A DNA stretch of 64,000 nucleotides from Candidatus Omnitrophota bacterium (lineage in GTDB: Bacteria; Omnitrophota; Gorgyraeia; 1-14-0-20-64-10): NCBI GenBank assembly GCA_023248155.1, contig JAHFFE010000005.1, forward strand, positions 29,057-93,056, written 5' to 3'. The notes beneath the pieces were generated by a model. The model saw only the letters and a program-made list of their open reading frames with translations, was not told where the DNA came from and searched no databases. Within the stretch, counting starts at the first letter, position 1. Every line of letters starts with the position of its first letter. The position numbers and the translations under genes are program-made. Shown here one piece after another: positions 38,801-47,300 of the stretch.

Positions 38801-39304
38801 CAGTTGACGTTTACGGTTTCTGCGACAGAGCCGGATAACGAGAGCATAACATTCAGCGTAAAGAAACTTCCATCCGGCAATTTGCCTTCGGGCGCGTCAT
38901 TCAAAGTAACAACGAAGGTTTTCTCGTGGAAGCCGACATTCTCGCAGTCGGGGACCTATCATTTGGAGTTTAAAGCAAAAGATCCGGGCAATCGTGCGGA
39001 TACCGAAGATGTGGAGATTGTTGTCAATAATGTAAATCGGCCGCCGGTTCTGAATGCGATTTCCAATAAATCGGTCAAGAAAAACCGTTCATTAAGTTTT
39101 ACAATTTCAGGATCGGATCCCGACGGCGGTACGCTGACGTATGCGGCGAAGGATCTGCCGTCCGGCGCGCAGTTTAACGCGGCCACCCGTCAGTTCAGCT
39201 GGACTCCGACAACAACTCAGGTCGGAAGTTATGTGGTGAAGTTTACGCTGACAGATGGTACGGCAACTGTGGAGAAGAGCGTAACGATCACGGTAACAAA
39301 TTAA
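32846..39304 (+). CDS. Secreted S8 subtilase 1: prodomain, S8, FG-GAP repeats, Ig domain, nine cadherin/He_PIG-like repeats
   Basis: Signal peptide; catalytic triad VIDTG/HGTH/GTSMA, oxyanion AAGN; DxDxDG plus GWP repeats; NVNRSPVL repeats. Confidence 0.92.
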   Translation: MVILKFGISKNWNRLISVALIFSVCFSPASPGAAEENKRGSFSEKTPAAVTKINDQGDVETKDSADSDGNDAFLPDELIIKLKDGKTPNDIEDLNKQYGVISNTKLFGENASPEDHLKDLRKKLQEKETTHESWYWQIDKNSEEYKEYVARLEKEKEELKERIQHFEQRLKRASGYQEAARALENIYKLNFAQSADIPSIVKIYSANPAVAYAEPNYKVSTNQIPNDPRYPEQWGPDKIQAPLAWDVTTGSSQVIVAVIDTGVDYNHPDLSANIWSDPITGQHGYDFFNKDNDPMDDNGHGTHCSGIANAVTNNSVGIAGISWNSRIMAVKFLSASGSGSIDDGASAIRWAADHGADVLSNSWGGGGYSETVNLAIEYAHSLGCVVVAAAGNDNTNQIFYPAGYEHVISVSATDQNDVKAYFSNYGYWVDVAAPGVSILSTVPSSSVSLGDPSGYKLLNGTSMACPHVSGLAALIVGSHPEFSDADVLSVLKATADDILSANTSYIGQGRINCRKALQVTKPPPTGALVTEGVLSGKRVIRGIAGGSDFTGYSLYYAPGRDAVSSSWTLIAHATGAVQDDFSTPQKNDGILYADFDTTRLSDGNYTLRLVVEGQNNLNVEYRTNIQSKNITVAFPLNNDILKKGETFTIRGGILGSFLDYSIEYGEGNSPTVWKTAGITLLHQGLGENYDGNLASWDTSVLTPVAYGPGNFYTLRITVRRSFGVMTSFVRMVYLDDKLKRGWPQYIPEITDYMPIVTADLDHDGRKEIIIVQPPGLPGNPTLLFVYNTDGSLRWSRRFNKDYSDGQFAIPVVGDMDGDGLQEIFLATRSDSDVFGSEIQAIRSDGSDFGHGWPVFVPSGGCSMLVSDLDRDGNVELVVRTAYPTYDIGIGAQYVTSLYIINRQGQIGVSVPMPFDHNPADPPNFSHPQFLAIGNFDDDPQMEIVTHCQGVKIAVFNMDGSMLPGWPVRVGEALWGPPVVGDVDRDGYDNIVVGTFLWDTSAGGLFVLDKDGHTLPGWPVLADGSFYTSPALGDLDGNGYLEICISLGKWTYLFDYRGNRLPGWPRETNDYSNFFNSNLLGDVNGDGKVDVVARAGGFRSAVVRTGDTSTSGGIYAWNLDGSPIDLNPYSSNVNLFTESFLVAFVGTFAEVPGILDDIDNDGKIDLIAASRVDIKWVSDEERMAGAAAEYKKRGSIYVWSLDAAYNASKTPWPMFQHDNACTGRDLADKDLSKHPDDLAPPNVFMTAPAHDAIIAGTIEVSAEASDNVGVSGVQFQLDGVNLGDEDTEAPYSTVWDTSTSDAGYHTLGAVARDSAGNSAASILIAVTVNSVPVLNPVADQAVREMDRLEFTLSGTDDDGDALTYSADNLPAGASFNPTSGLFAWTPDYTQEGAYSVYFTVNDGVDVSNTQTVNITVENVNRLPVLNAIPAQTVDEGSPISVTLSGSDLDGESLTYSSGNLPTGAVLNASTGLFEWTPDYTQSGSYSVSFTVSDGTAVSDTQTMNITVQNVNRSPVLNAIPAQTVDEGSPISITLSASDLDGESLTYSSANLPTGAVLNATTGLFEWTPDYTQSGSYSVSFTASDGTAVSDTQTVDITVGNVNRSPVLNAIPAQTVDEGSPLSVTLSALDADGESLTYSSGNLPAGAVLNATTGLFEWMPDYTQSGSYSVDFTASDGTVVTGAQTINITVQNVNRSPVLNAIPARTVDEGSPISVTLSASDLDGESLTYSSGNLPAGAVLNATTGLFEWMPDYTQSGSYSVSFTASDGTAVSDTQTVDITVGNVNRSPVLNTIPAQTVPEGNPLEFVFSGTDPDGDALTYSVGSLPVGAVWDASTHTLRWTPTYTQSGPYSITCTVSDGSLNASGTMSITVQNVNRSPVLSAIPAKTVDEGSPISVTLSASDPDGESLTYSSANLPTGAVLNASTGLFEWTPGYTQGGPGLGTPYTIQLTASDGQLSDTKSFSVNVKNKNGPPELALIGKKTINENEQLTFTVSATEPDNESITFSVKKLPSGNLPSGASFKVTTKVFSWKPTFSQSGTYHLEFKAKDPGNRADTEDVEIVVNNVNRPPVLNAISNKSVKKNRSLSFTISGSDPDGGTLTYAAKDLPSGAQFNAATRQFSWTPTTTQVGSYVVKFTLTDGTATVEKSVTITVTN
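36824..39301 (+). repeat. Nine ~91-aa cadherin-like repeats (273-bp period)
   Basis: NVNR motif starts at 37094, 37367, 37640, 37913, 38186 (273-bp spacing) and 38456; central copies near-identical in DNA. Confidence 0.9.
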
Positions 39305-39384
39305 CACGAATAATCTTCTTCCGCCCTTGATTTTTGGGCTGTTTTAAGCGATAGTTCCGTTGTAACAGGATGCACATATTCACA

Positions 39385-39472
39385 AACTGAAAAAGGCACA
39401 CTTCGGGGAACTGAAGGTCGCAAAGCCGCGGGTCCGTCCAGAGCAGGCTGGCGGATAGTCGGGCTACCAGGC
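39385..39472 (+). ncRNA. c-di-GMP-I (GEMM-I) riboswitch
   Basis: AAAAAGGCACAC, P2 CTTCGG-GGAA-CTGAAG with GNRA loop, GTCGCAAAGCC, P3 GCGGGTCCGTCCAG...CTGGCGGATAGTCGGGCTACC; matches the GEMM-I pattern; in the 5' UTR of S8 gene 2. Confidence 0.8.
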
Positions 39473-39496
39473 AAAAGAAAATCAGGCTGGCAAGCG

Positions 39497-39539
39497 ATCT
39501 TGGGATTCCCATGAACAGGGAAACCGGGATTTTTTATTT
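39497..39539 (+). terminator. Putative riboswitch expression-platform terminator
   Basis: ATCTTGG..TTCCC-ATGAACA-GGGAA..CCGGGAT followed by TTTTTATTT, ~45 nt before the ATG. Confidence 0.6.
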
Positions 39540-39583
39540 AGGCTGAATTTCGACTGTTTCAAAAAGGTTAACGGGGGGCTCAG

Positions 39584-42500
39584 ATGAAATTGACCAACTT
39601 CCGGAAGTGCAGCTGGAATCGATCCCCGTCTCTGTTTCTGGTGGTTTCCCTGTGTTTCTTGCAAATGCCGGTGACTTTCGCGCAGGCAATGGTCGATGAA
39701 GCTGTTCCGCCAACGAAAGCAATGACAGACGGATCTTTTGTTCCCGGCGAGCTGATTGTGAAGCTCAATGAAGGAAAGACCATGGAAGATTTGGCGGATC
39801 TGAATAGCGAATTTAATATCGTTTCAAGCGACCGGCTCTTTCAACATCTTGAGGCTTCTTCCGGGGATATCGGGAAGATGAAGAAAAAACTCAAAGAATT
39901 GAATGGCTTTCATGAGTCCTGGTACTGGCAGTTCGATAAGAATTCCAAAGAATACAAGGATTACCTGGCTAGACTTGAACAGCAGAAGAAAATTCTTGAG
40001 GCCGAGATCCAAAAAGCCGAACAGAGGCAGCAAATCTCCGATAAAGCCATCCAGAACAATCGCCTGGAAGATATCTATAAACTGGAAGTGGCCGAAAAGA
40101 CAACCGATATTTTGGCGATGGCCAGGACTTATTCAGCCCATCCCGCGGTGAAATATGCCGAGCCCAACTACGAAGTGAAAGTCAATTTCGAGCCCAATGA
40201 CCAGTACTGGACCAGCTCGGGAAGCTGGGGACAGCCCTACGACGATCTCTGGGGCCTCAAAAAAATCAAAGCGAATCTCGCCTGGGACAAGAGCAAGGGA
40301 GAGGGGATCATCGTCGCCGTGATTGACACCGGCGTGGATTATAATCACGAAGACATTAAAGACAATATGTGGATTAATCCCGCGGATGGGACATATGGGT
40401 TTAATTTTACCGCCAGCGGGGAAAGGGCTTATTTGATCCGAGATCCCATGGATGATCATGGTCATGGCACCCACTGCGCGGGAACCATTGCCGCCATTCA
40501 GAATAATGGTGTCGGCATTACCGGCGTGGCGCCGAGGGCGCGGATCATGGCCATTAAAGGTCTAAATAGAGAGGGGTCTGGCAGCGCGAGCAATCTTTCT
40601 GAAAGCGTCATTCAGGCCGTTCAAAGCGGAGCCGATGTCTTGAGCAATTCGTGGGGAGGAAGCGGGAGAAGCGATGTTTTTGAAGATGTTTTCAGGACGG
40701 CTCAGCAGAGTGGTGTCGTTTCTGTGGTGGCGGCAGGTAATGATAATGTAGATGCTTTGGATTTTCACCCCGCGTATTTGCCATCCGTCATTACGGTGGC
40801 GGCTTCCAATCCCGATGATGTTCGATGTTCTTTTTCCAATTACGGGGCTAAAGCCGATGTCTCGGCTCCGGGCGGCGACAGCGCCGGAACGAACGATGGA
40901 GACAATTTTTGGGGACGCAATATTCTGTCGCTTCGTTCCGATAACAAGGGTGACCCGACGGATATGTATTATCAGCCGCCCGGCGCGCATGAGCAGCAGG
41001 TGGTGGGCGGTAAATATTATCGGGCGCGCGGCACGTCCATGGCCTGTCCGCACGTCGCCGGAGTGGTGGCGCTGATTTTATCTGAACATCTTGATTTTTT
41101 GAATAAAGATCTGAATTTAGGCTCCCAAACCGGCAAAGTTCTTAGTATTTTGAAGGCGACCGGCGAACCCGTTTCGGAATCCAACCCGTTAAAATTCGTA
41201 GGTCCTCGGGTAAACGCATACGCAGCTCTTCAAGTCACACAGGAGCTGCCGGTAGGCATTTTAAAATCGATCGACGGTGAGCAATCTCCTTTGCCGCTTG
41301 TCCGCGGCATCGCTGGCGGGGCTAATTTCCTTCGATATGCGGTTTATTATGCCCATGCTGAGGATCCAACCTCCTGGAATCTGGTGACCGAATCGTCGAT
41401 ACCTGTTTTGGATGATCTGGCGACTGCCGATCCGGATGACGGGATCCTGAGCGACGCTCTTACCGTGGATAAGACCGGCTCGTACCTCGTGAGGTTGATT
41501 GTTTATTCCGTGGATGGCAAGCAGGTGATATCCCAAGTATCGTTTACGATTCCCAATGCGATTACAGCGCCGCTTTCCAACGACTTTATCAGCAGAAATA
41601 CAACGGCCGCCATCAAGGCGGATCTTAAGGGTGTTTATCAGGATTATGTTGTTGAATGGGGTGAGGGGAAGACCCCCCTGGAATGGAGAATCGCCGGAAT
41701 TACTCGTCTTCATCCCGGGCCGGGGGCGGATTTTTCAGGTGACATCGCTCTGTGGAATACCGCGCTCGTTCCATCGAGTTCTTATGCCAACGGCAGTTTC
41801 TACACGATCCGGGTAGGAATTCAAAAGTCGGGCGGCTGGGTTTACTCGTACAAAAACCTTATTTATCTTGATGCGGTTATGAAGCCCGGTTGGCCGCAGT
41901 ATATTCGGCCCGCCTGGTGGGATTTAAAGGCCGAGGATCAGGAACGGTTTAAGCAAGGAGATACGACCGATGTTACGGCAGCGGATCTTGACGGCGACGG
42001 GCAAAAAGAGATCATCGTTTGCGTTGCTAAGGTCAGAGATGAACAGCAGGGGAGCCTCTCTGTTTATAACAGCGACGGTTCTTTGCGCTGGTCAATAACC
42101 GTAGAAGATCTTCAATACACTGTTCCGGTCATTGGCGATATTAACGATGACGGAAAACAGGAAATATTCCTCGCGAATTCTTCTACGGAAGACAAGCTTT
42201 ACGGTTTCAAGTACGACGGCGGTGTTTTTCCGGGTTTCCCGGTCTCATTGGAGCGTTCCTCGTTTTTTATGATGGCCGATTTAAAATCGCCCGGAAACGC
42301 CGGTAAACGCCTCATCGGGATTTCTAAATTCTCCTATAGCGGAGAAGGTAAAACAGCGGTCATCTTGAAAAAAGACGGATCCGTTCAAAAGAAATTTAAA
42401 TTTACTAAGGGATCGAATTTAAGCGAAGTAATCCGATCACAGATCCCTGCGGTAGGCAATTTTGACAATGACCCGGAACTCGAGATTGTTGCCGTACAAG

Positions 42501-44296
42501 CCAACGGTGTCCAAGCGTTTAACCCCAACGGCACTCTTTGCGCGGGCTGGCCTTCTTCGGCCAATCAAATGCCCGAAGGTTATGATATTTACGGGTGCCC
42601 GGCCGTGGGAGATATCGATGGCGACGGATATGATAATGTGGTTGTGGCCGCTTTCAAAACACGTAGAGTGTCGGCAACCGGCGGTTTCAAGATTCTCAAT
42701 GAAGACCTGGCTGTTTTTGCTTTCGACAAGAACGGAGGCATCATGCCTGGCTGGCCCGTGCTGATGAATCAATTGTCTGACCTGATGACAAAGATGCCGT
42801 ACAGCCGCTATCAGTCTCCCGCGCTTGCGGATTTTAATGGAGACGGAAAACTTGAGATCGCGTTCGGCGTGGGGCCTTTTCATTATTTGTTCGACTACCG
42901 AGGCAATGTTCTTCCGGGCTGGCCGAGAAGCGTGCCGGCTCCGAGTATTCACCATGTGCAGATGGCCATTGGCGACGTGGACGGCGATGGAACGCCGGAT
43001 CTGATCTCTTCTGCCGGTGGTTTGCAAAAAGAGATCTTTACGGAGGAATCCTTGAGCACCACAGGAGGAATTTTTGCCTGGAAATTTGACGGGACACCCA
43101 TTGATCTTAATCCGGATCCGTCTATGGATTTCCTCCCGACCGAATTTGAAAGCAAGCCGCCCTTGACTCTTTCGGATATCGATGCGGATGGAAAAATAAA
43201 TATTGTTGCCAGTACTACGCAGGATTTCGTATTTGCCGAACATCAAGTCGCTCCAGTCAGCAAGCAGAGGCGCTCCATTAATGTCTGGGGATTGAACACC
43301 GCTTACGATGCCTCTACGATGCAGTGGCCTATGTATCAGCACGACACCATGCGCACGGGCCGTTACGTGAGTTCGGTTGAGGTTACTCCGGATCCTAATC
43401 CTGATCCGACACCCGTGCCAACCTCGAAGCCGGCTAAACCTTCTAGCCTGGGTGCGACTGCTGTTTCTGTTTCTCAGATCAACCTGGCATGGGCAGACAA
43501 CGCTAACAACGAGACGGGCTTTAAGATATACCGAAGCCTCACGGACTCGAATTATGTTGAGGTGGCCACGGCGTCTGCCAACGCGGTTTCATTCAGTGAT
43601 TTGAATCTTAACGCCGATACCCGATATTATTACAAGGTCTCGGCTGTTAATGCCGCCGGAGAATCGGCCAAATCCAGCAAGGCGGATGCCCGGACGAACG
43701 CGGTTCCGCAGCCGCCGGCTAAACCGTCTAACCTGGGTGCGACTGCTGTTTCTGCGTCTCAGATCAACCTGGCATGGGCAGATAACGCTAGCAACGAGAC
43801 GGGCTTCAAGATATATCGAAGTCTGACGGACTCGAACTATGCCGAGGTCGCTACGGCGCCTGCCAACGCGGTGTCATTCAGTGATGGGGGTCTGAACTCC
43901 GGCACCCGGTATTATTACAAGGTCTCGGCTTTCAATGCCGCCGGAGAATCGGCTTTCTCAAGCCAGGTTTCTGCGGTGACAATGTCTGTTACAGATCCAG
44001 CCCCTGCTCCGGATCAGGTTCCGGCGAAACCGGATAATCTTGGAGCACAGCAAATTTCAAGTTCCAGGATTCGGCTGACTTGGACGGATCGTTCGAGCAA
44101 CGAAACGGGTTTCAAGATATACAGAAGCATATCCCACAGGGCGCAGGATTCTATCTTGGTCGCTACCGTCTCGGCCAATGTCACGCACTACACCGATACC
44201 GGCCTTGATCGCGGACACCGCTATGGTTACAGGGTTTCTGCCGTTAATGGATCGGGTGAGTCCGAAAAAGCCGGCCCTGTCTATGAAAGGCTATAA
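39584..44296 (+). CDS. Secreted S8 subtilase 2: prodomain, S8, FG-GAP repeats, three FN3 domains
   Basis: Signal peptide ending TFAQA; VIDTG/HGTH/GTSMA; FG-GAP-like repeats; three LxWxDxxxNETGFKIYRS. Confidence 0.92.
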   Translation: MKLTNFRKCSWNRSPSLFLVVSLCFLQMPVTFAQAMVDEAVPPTKAMTDGSFVPGELIVKLNEGKTMEDLADLNSEFNIVSSDRLFQHLEASSGDIGKMKKKLKELNGFHESWYWQFDKNSKEYKDYLARLEQQKKILEAEIQKAEQRQQISDKAIQNNRLEDIYKLEVAEKTTDILAMARTYSAHPAVKYAEPNYEVKVNFEPNDQYWTSSGSWGQPYDDLWGLKKIKANLAWDKSKGEGIIVAVIDTGVDYNHEDIKDNMWINPADGTYGFNFTASGERAYLIRDPMDDHGHGTHCAGTIAAIQNNGVGITGVAPRARIMAIKGLNREGSGSASNLSESVIQAVQSGADVLSNSWGGSGRSDVFEDVFRTAQQSGVVSVVAAGNDNVDALDFHPAYLPSVITVAASNPDDVRCSFSNYGAKADVSAPGGDSAGTNDGDNFWGRNILSLRSDNKGDPTDMYYQPPGAHEQQVVGGKYYRARGTSMACPHVAGVVALILSEHLDFLNKDLNLGSQTGKVLSILKATGEPVSESNPLKFVGPRVNAYAALQVTQELPVGILKSIDGEQSPLPLVRGIAGGANFLRYAVYYAHAEDPTSWNLVTESSIPVLDDLATADPDDGILSDALTVDKTGSYLVRLIVYSVDGKQVISQVSFTIPNAITAPLSNDFISRNTTAAIKADLKGVYQDYVVEWGEGKTPLEWRIAGITRLHPGPGADFSGDIALWNTALVPSSSYANGSFYTIRVGIQKSGGWVYSYKNLIYLDAVMKPGWPQYIRPAWWDLKAEDQERFKQGDTTDVTAADLDGDGQKEIIVCVAKVRDEQQGSLSVYNSDGSLRWSITVEDLQYTVPVIGDINDDGKQEIFLANSSTEDKLYGFKYDGGVFPGFPVSLERSSFFMMADLKSPGNAGKRLIGISKFSYSGEGKTAVILKKDGSVQKKFKFTKGSNLSEVIRSQIPAVGNFDNDPELEIVAVQANGVQAFNPNGTLCAGWPSSANQMPEGYDIYGCPAVGDIDGDGYDNVVVAAFKTRRVSATGGFKILNEDLAVFAFDKNGGIMPGWPVLMNQLSDLMTKMPYSRYQSPALADFNGDGKLEIAFGVGPFHYLFDYRGNVLPGWPRSVPAPSIHHVQMAIGDVDGDGTPDLISSAGGLQKEIFTEESLSTTGGIFAWKFDGTPIDLNPDPSMDFLPTEFESKPPLTLSDIDADGKINIVASTTQDFVFAEHQVAPVSKQRRSINVWGLNTAYDASTMQWPMYQHDTMRTGRYVSSVEVTPDPNPDPTPVPTSKPAKPSSLGATAVSVSQINLAWADNANNETGFKIYRSLTDSNYVEVATASANAVSFSDLNLNADTRYYYKVSAVNAAGESAKSSKADARTNAVPQPPAKPSNLGATAVSASQINLAWADNASNETGFKIYRSLTDSNYAEVATAPANAVSFSDGGLNSGTRYYYKVSAFNAAGESAFSSQVSAVTMSVTDPAPAPDQVPAKPDNLGAQQISSSRIRLTWTDRSSNETGFKIYRSISHRAQDSILVATVSANVTHYTDTGLDRGHRYGYRVSAVNGSGESEKAGPVYERL

Positions 44297-44326
44297 TAGC
44301 TTCAGTTGCCATAGGTGACACTTTCT

Positions 44327-44369
44327 TTGTAGACTGATGCATAGATTTACAAACTGAAAAATGCATACT
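44327..44369 (+). repeat. Duplicated S8-gene upstream segment, copy 3 (43-nt core only)
   Basis: TTGTAGACTGATGCATAGATTTACAAACTGAAAAATGCATACT aligns ungapped with 32700-32742 and 39360-39402. Confidence 0.75.
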
Positions 44370-44391
44370 GTTTTTTAACGGGGGGGCTCAG

Positions 44392-47300
44392 ATGAAATTA
44401 ACCAACTTCCGGAAGTCCAGATGGAATCGATCCCTGTCTCTGTTTTTAGTAGCCTCCCTGTGCTTTTTGCAAATGCCGGTGACTTTCGCGCAGGCGATGG
44501 TTCCGGAATCCGCCGATCCCACTCAGATTGAGCCATCAGAAGATCTTCCAGAGTATGTTCCCGGCGAATTCATAGTGAAGCTGAAAGAAGGGCACACGCT
44601 GGCCGAGTTGGACGGCCTGCGGGTGGAAAACGGGATATTGAGCGCAGAACCAATTTTCCCGAAGGTAGCTTCTCCGGAAGAAAACTTGGCGGAACTTAAG
44701 CAGAAGCGGGCGGGTCTGGATAACCCGGATCATACGTCCTGGTTTTGGTGGTCGAACAAAGAATCGAGCGAGGCGAAAAATTACGAAGCGCGCAACGCTC
44801 GAGAGAAAGCTCGGTTAGACGCGGCGATCGCCGCGCAAACAGCGTTGGTCCAGAAACTAGTGGATCGCAAAAAGAGGGCACCCGAGGGATCGGTAGTACC
44901 TTCGTTGGAGGGGATTCATCTGCTGAAAGCCGCTTCCGACGCGGATGTTTCTTCCTTAGTAGCGATATTCCAGTCTAATCCCGCGGTGGACTATGCGCAA
45001 CCTAACTACAAACAAAAAATCCTCCAGGTTCCCAATGACGAATTCTATTCGATCCAGTGGGGTCCGCAGAAAATACAGGCCGATCTTGCCTGGGACATCA
45101 CCACCGGATCAGAGGATGTCATCATCGCCGTCATTGATACAGGGGTGGACTACAACCATCCGGACTTGGCGGCCAATATCTGGAGTGACCCAATCACCGG
45201 ACAGCATGGATATGATTTCTTCAATAATGACAATGATCCCATGGATGACCATGGCCATGGCACCCACTGCTCCGGTATTGCCAACGCGGTGACCAATAAC
45301 GCGATCGGTGTCGCCGGGATATCCTGGAATTCAAAGATTATGGCCTTAAAATTTTTATCTGCCGCCGGTTCGGGAGACACAGTGGATGGCCTTCGGGCCA
45401 TCGAATGGGCTGTCGATCATGGCGCGGATGTTCTCTCCAATAGCTGGGGAGGAGGGCCCTACGAGCCACCCCTTCAGCTGGCTATTGATTACGCGGATGC
45501 TTCGGGGTGCGTTGTCGTGGCAGCGGCTGGAAACAGTAATACCGATCGGGTTTTTTATCCTGCCGCCTATAATCATGTCATCTCTGTTGCGGCGACAAGT
45601 CGCAATGACCAAAGGGCTTCCTTTTCCAATTATGGCCCCTCGGTCGACGTGGCGGCTCCCGGTGTCGCCATTCTTTCCACGGTTCCTTCTTCGGGCGCGG
45701 CGCTGCGAGATCCGAGCGGCTACCGGTTGCTCAGCGGTACTTCGATGGCGTGTCCTCATGTCGCGGGCCTCGCGGGCCTGCTTCTCGCGGGTCGGCCGGG
45801 ACTTTCAACTCAGGAGGTTGAAAGCGTTCTGAAAGCAAGTTCGGATGATATATATGCGCAGCAGATCCCTGACCCCCTTACCGGTGCTTCTGTGCCGCTG
45901 AATCCGCTCTATATCGGCCAAGGCCGCATCAACGCCAGGAAAGCTGTGGAATTGATCCAAGGCCTGCCGATTGGAGCTCTTGTCACGCAAGGCCTATTGA
46001 CCGGTCCGGTGATTCGGGGATTAGCGGGCGGGGCCAATTTCGCGCGGTATGATCTTTATCATGGAAAGGGAATAAATCCCGCTCGAAGCGAGTGGGTGTT
46101 TATCCATGGTTCTACGGTACCCGTGCTGGATGATCCGGCGACTCCGGCGGCTAATAACGACGGCATCTTGTATGCTGATTTTGATCCAACGACGCTGGAA
46201 GAAGGGAAAAACACCTTAATTCTCGTGATCCAAACGCTGGATGGCCGCGAAATAGAATACAGGACGAGTGTCATGGCCATCAATTTTACCGCTCTCTTTC
46301 CGCTCAACAACGATATTCTGAGGAAAGGCGACAGTATTACTGTTCGCGGATCTATCCTGGGTTCGTTTCTGGATTATACAGTCCAGTACGGTGAGGGCAA
46401 GAATCCGCAGGTTTGGAAAACGGAAGGAATATCGCTGCTTCATCCGGGAGCCGGCAGAAACGTCGAGGGGGATCTCGCGTCCTGGGATACGTCTGTTGTG
46501 CCGCCGACGTCGCTGCTGTTTGGGAATTTTTACACATTAAAAATCAGCGTGACGAGAGAATCCGGCGTGAAGGACTATTTCATTTATATGGTTTATCTGG
46601 ACGATAAATTGAAACAGGGATGGCCGCAATACATCCAAAAATCTTCTTCCGGAAGCGCTGACTTCGCGGACATGAAAACAGCGGACCTGGATCAGGACGG
46701 CATCAAGGAGATCATTACGGTTCGCGCTGGAACCGAAATGGTTCCGATTACGGCTTTGTTTGTCTATCGTCTGGACGGATCTCTGAAATGGTCGAAGCAA
46801 TTGGACGGTTTTGGGAACGGGAGTATCGTTCCCTTGATTGGAGATATAAACAGGGATGGCAAAAACGAAATTTTTGTGAGCGTGCGTGATCCAGCCAGCC
46901 CGAGTGCCGATAAAATATATGCGTTTAACGGCGATGGAACTAATTTTGGCACGGGTTGGCCGGCCACGATAAGGCTTGGGCTCGCGACGCTTCTCATGGC
47001 GGATCTCAATCAGGACGGGAAAAATAAAATTGTCGCCCGGTCGCACAACAGTGAGTTGATCGGCGGCCGCGAGAAGGAGTTCCTGTTTATCCTCAATCAA
47101 GCGGGTGTTATCGAGAAGGAGATCGAGTTTCCGAATCAGTCGCGGAGTTTTTCGCGGTCACCTTTTCAGTCGGTTGGAAATTTTGATGACGATCGGGAGC
47201 TTGAAATTGTCCTGGTTTCTGGAACCGGATTAGCCGGTTCTTCTGAATCCGCTGTTTTTGTTTTTAATCCCGACGGTTCGCTGGTTTCCGGCTGGCCTGC

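Noticed and set aside
44329-44344. GTAGACTGATGCATAG as a LexA box controlling S8-3
   Set aside because: Only one half-site matches, and the matching positions in the other two leaders do not keep it.
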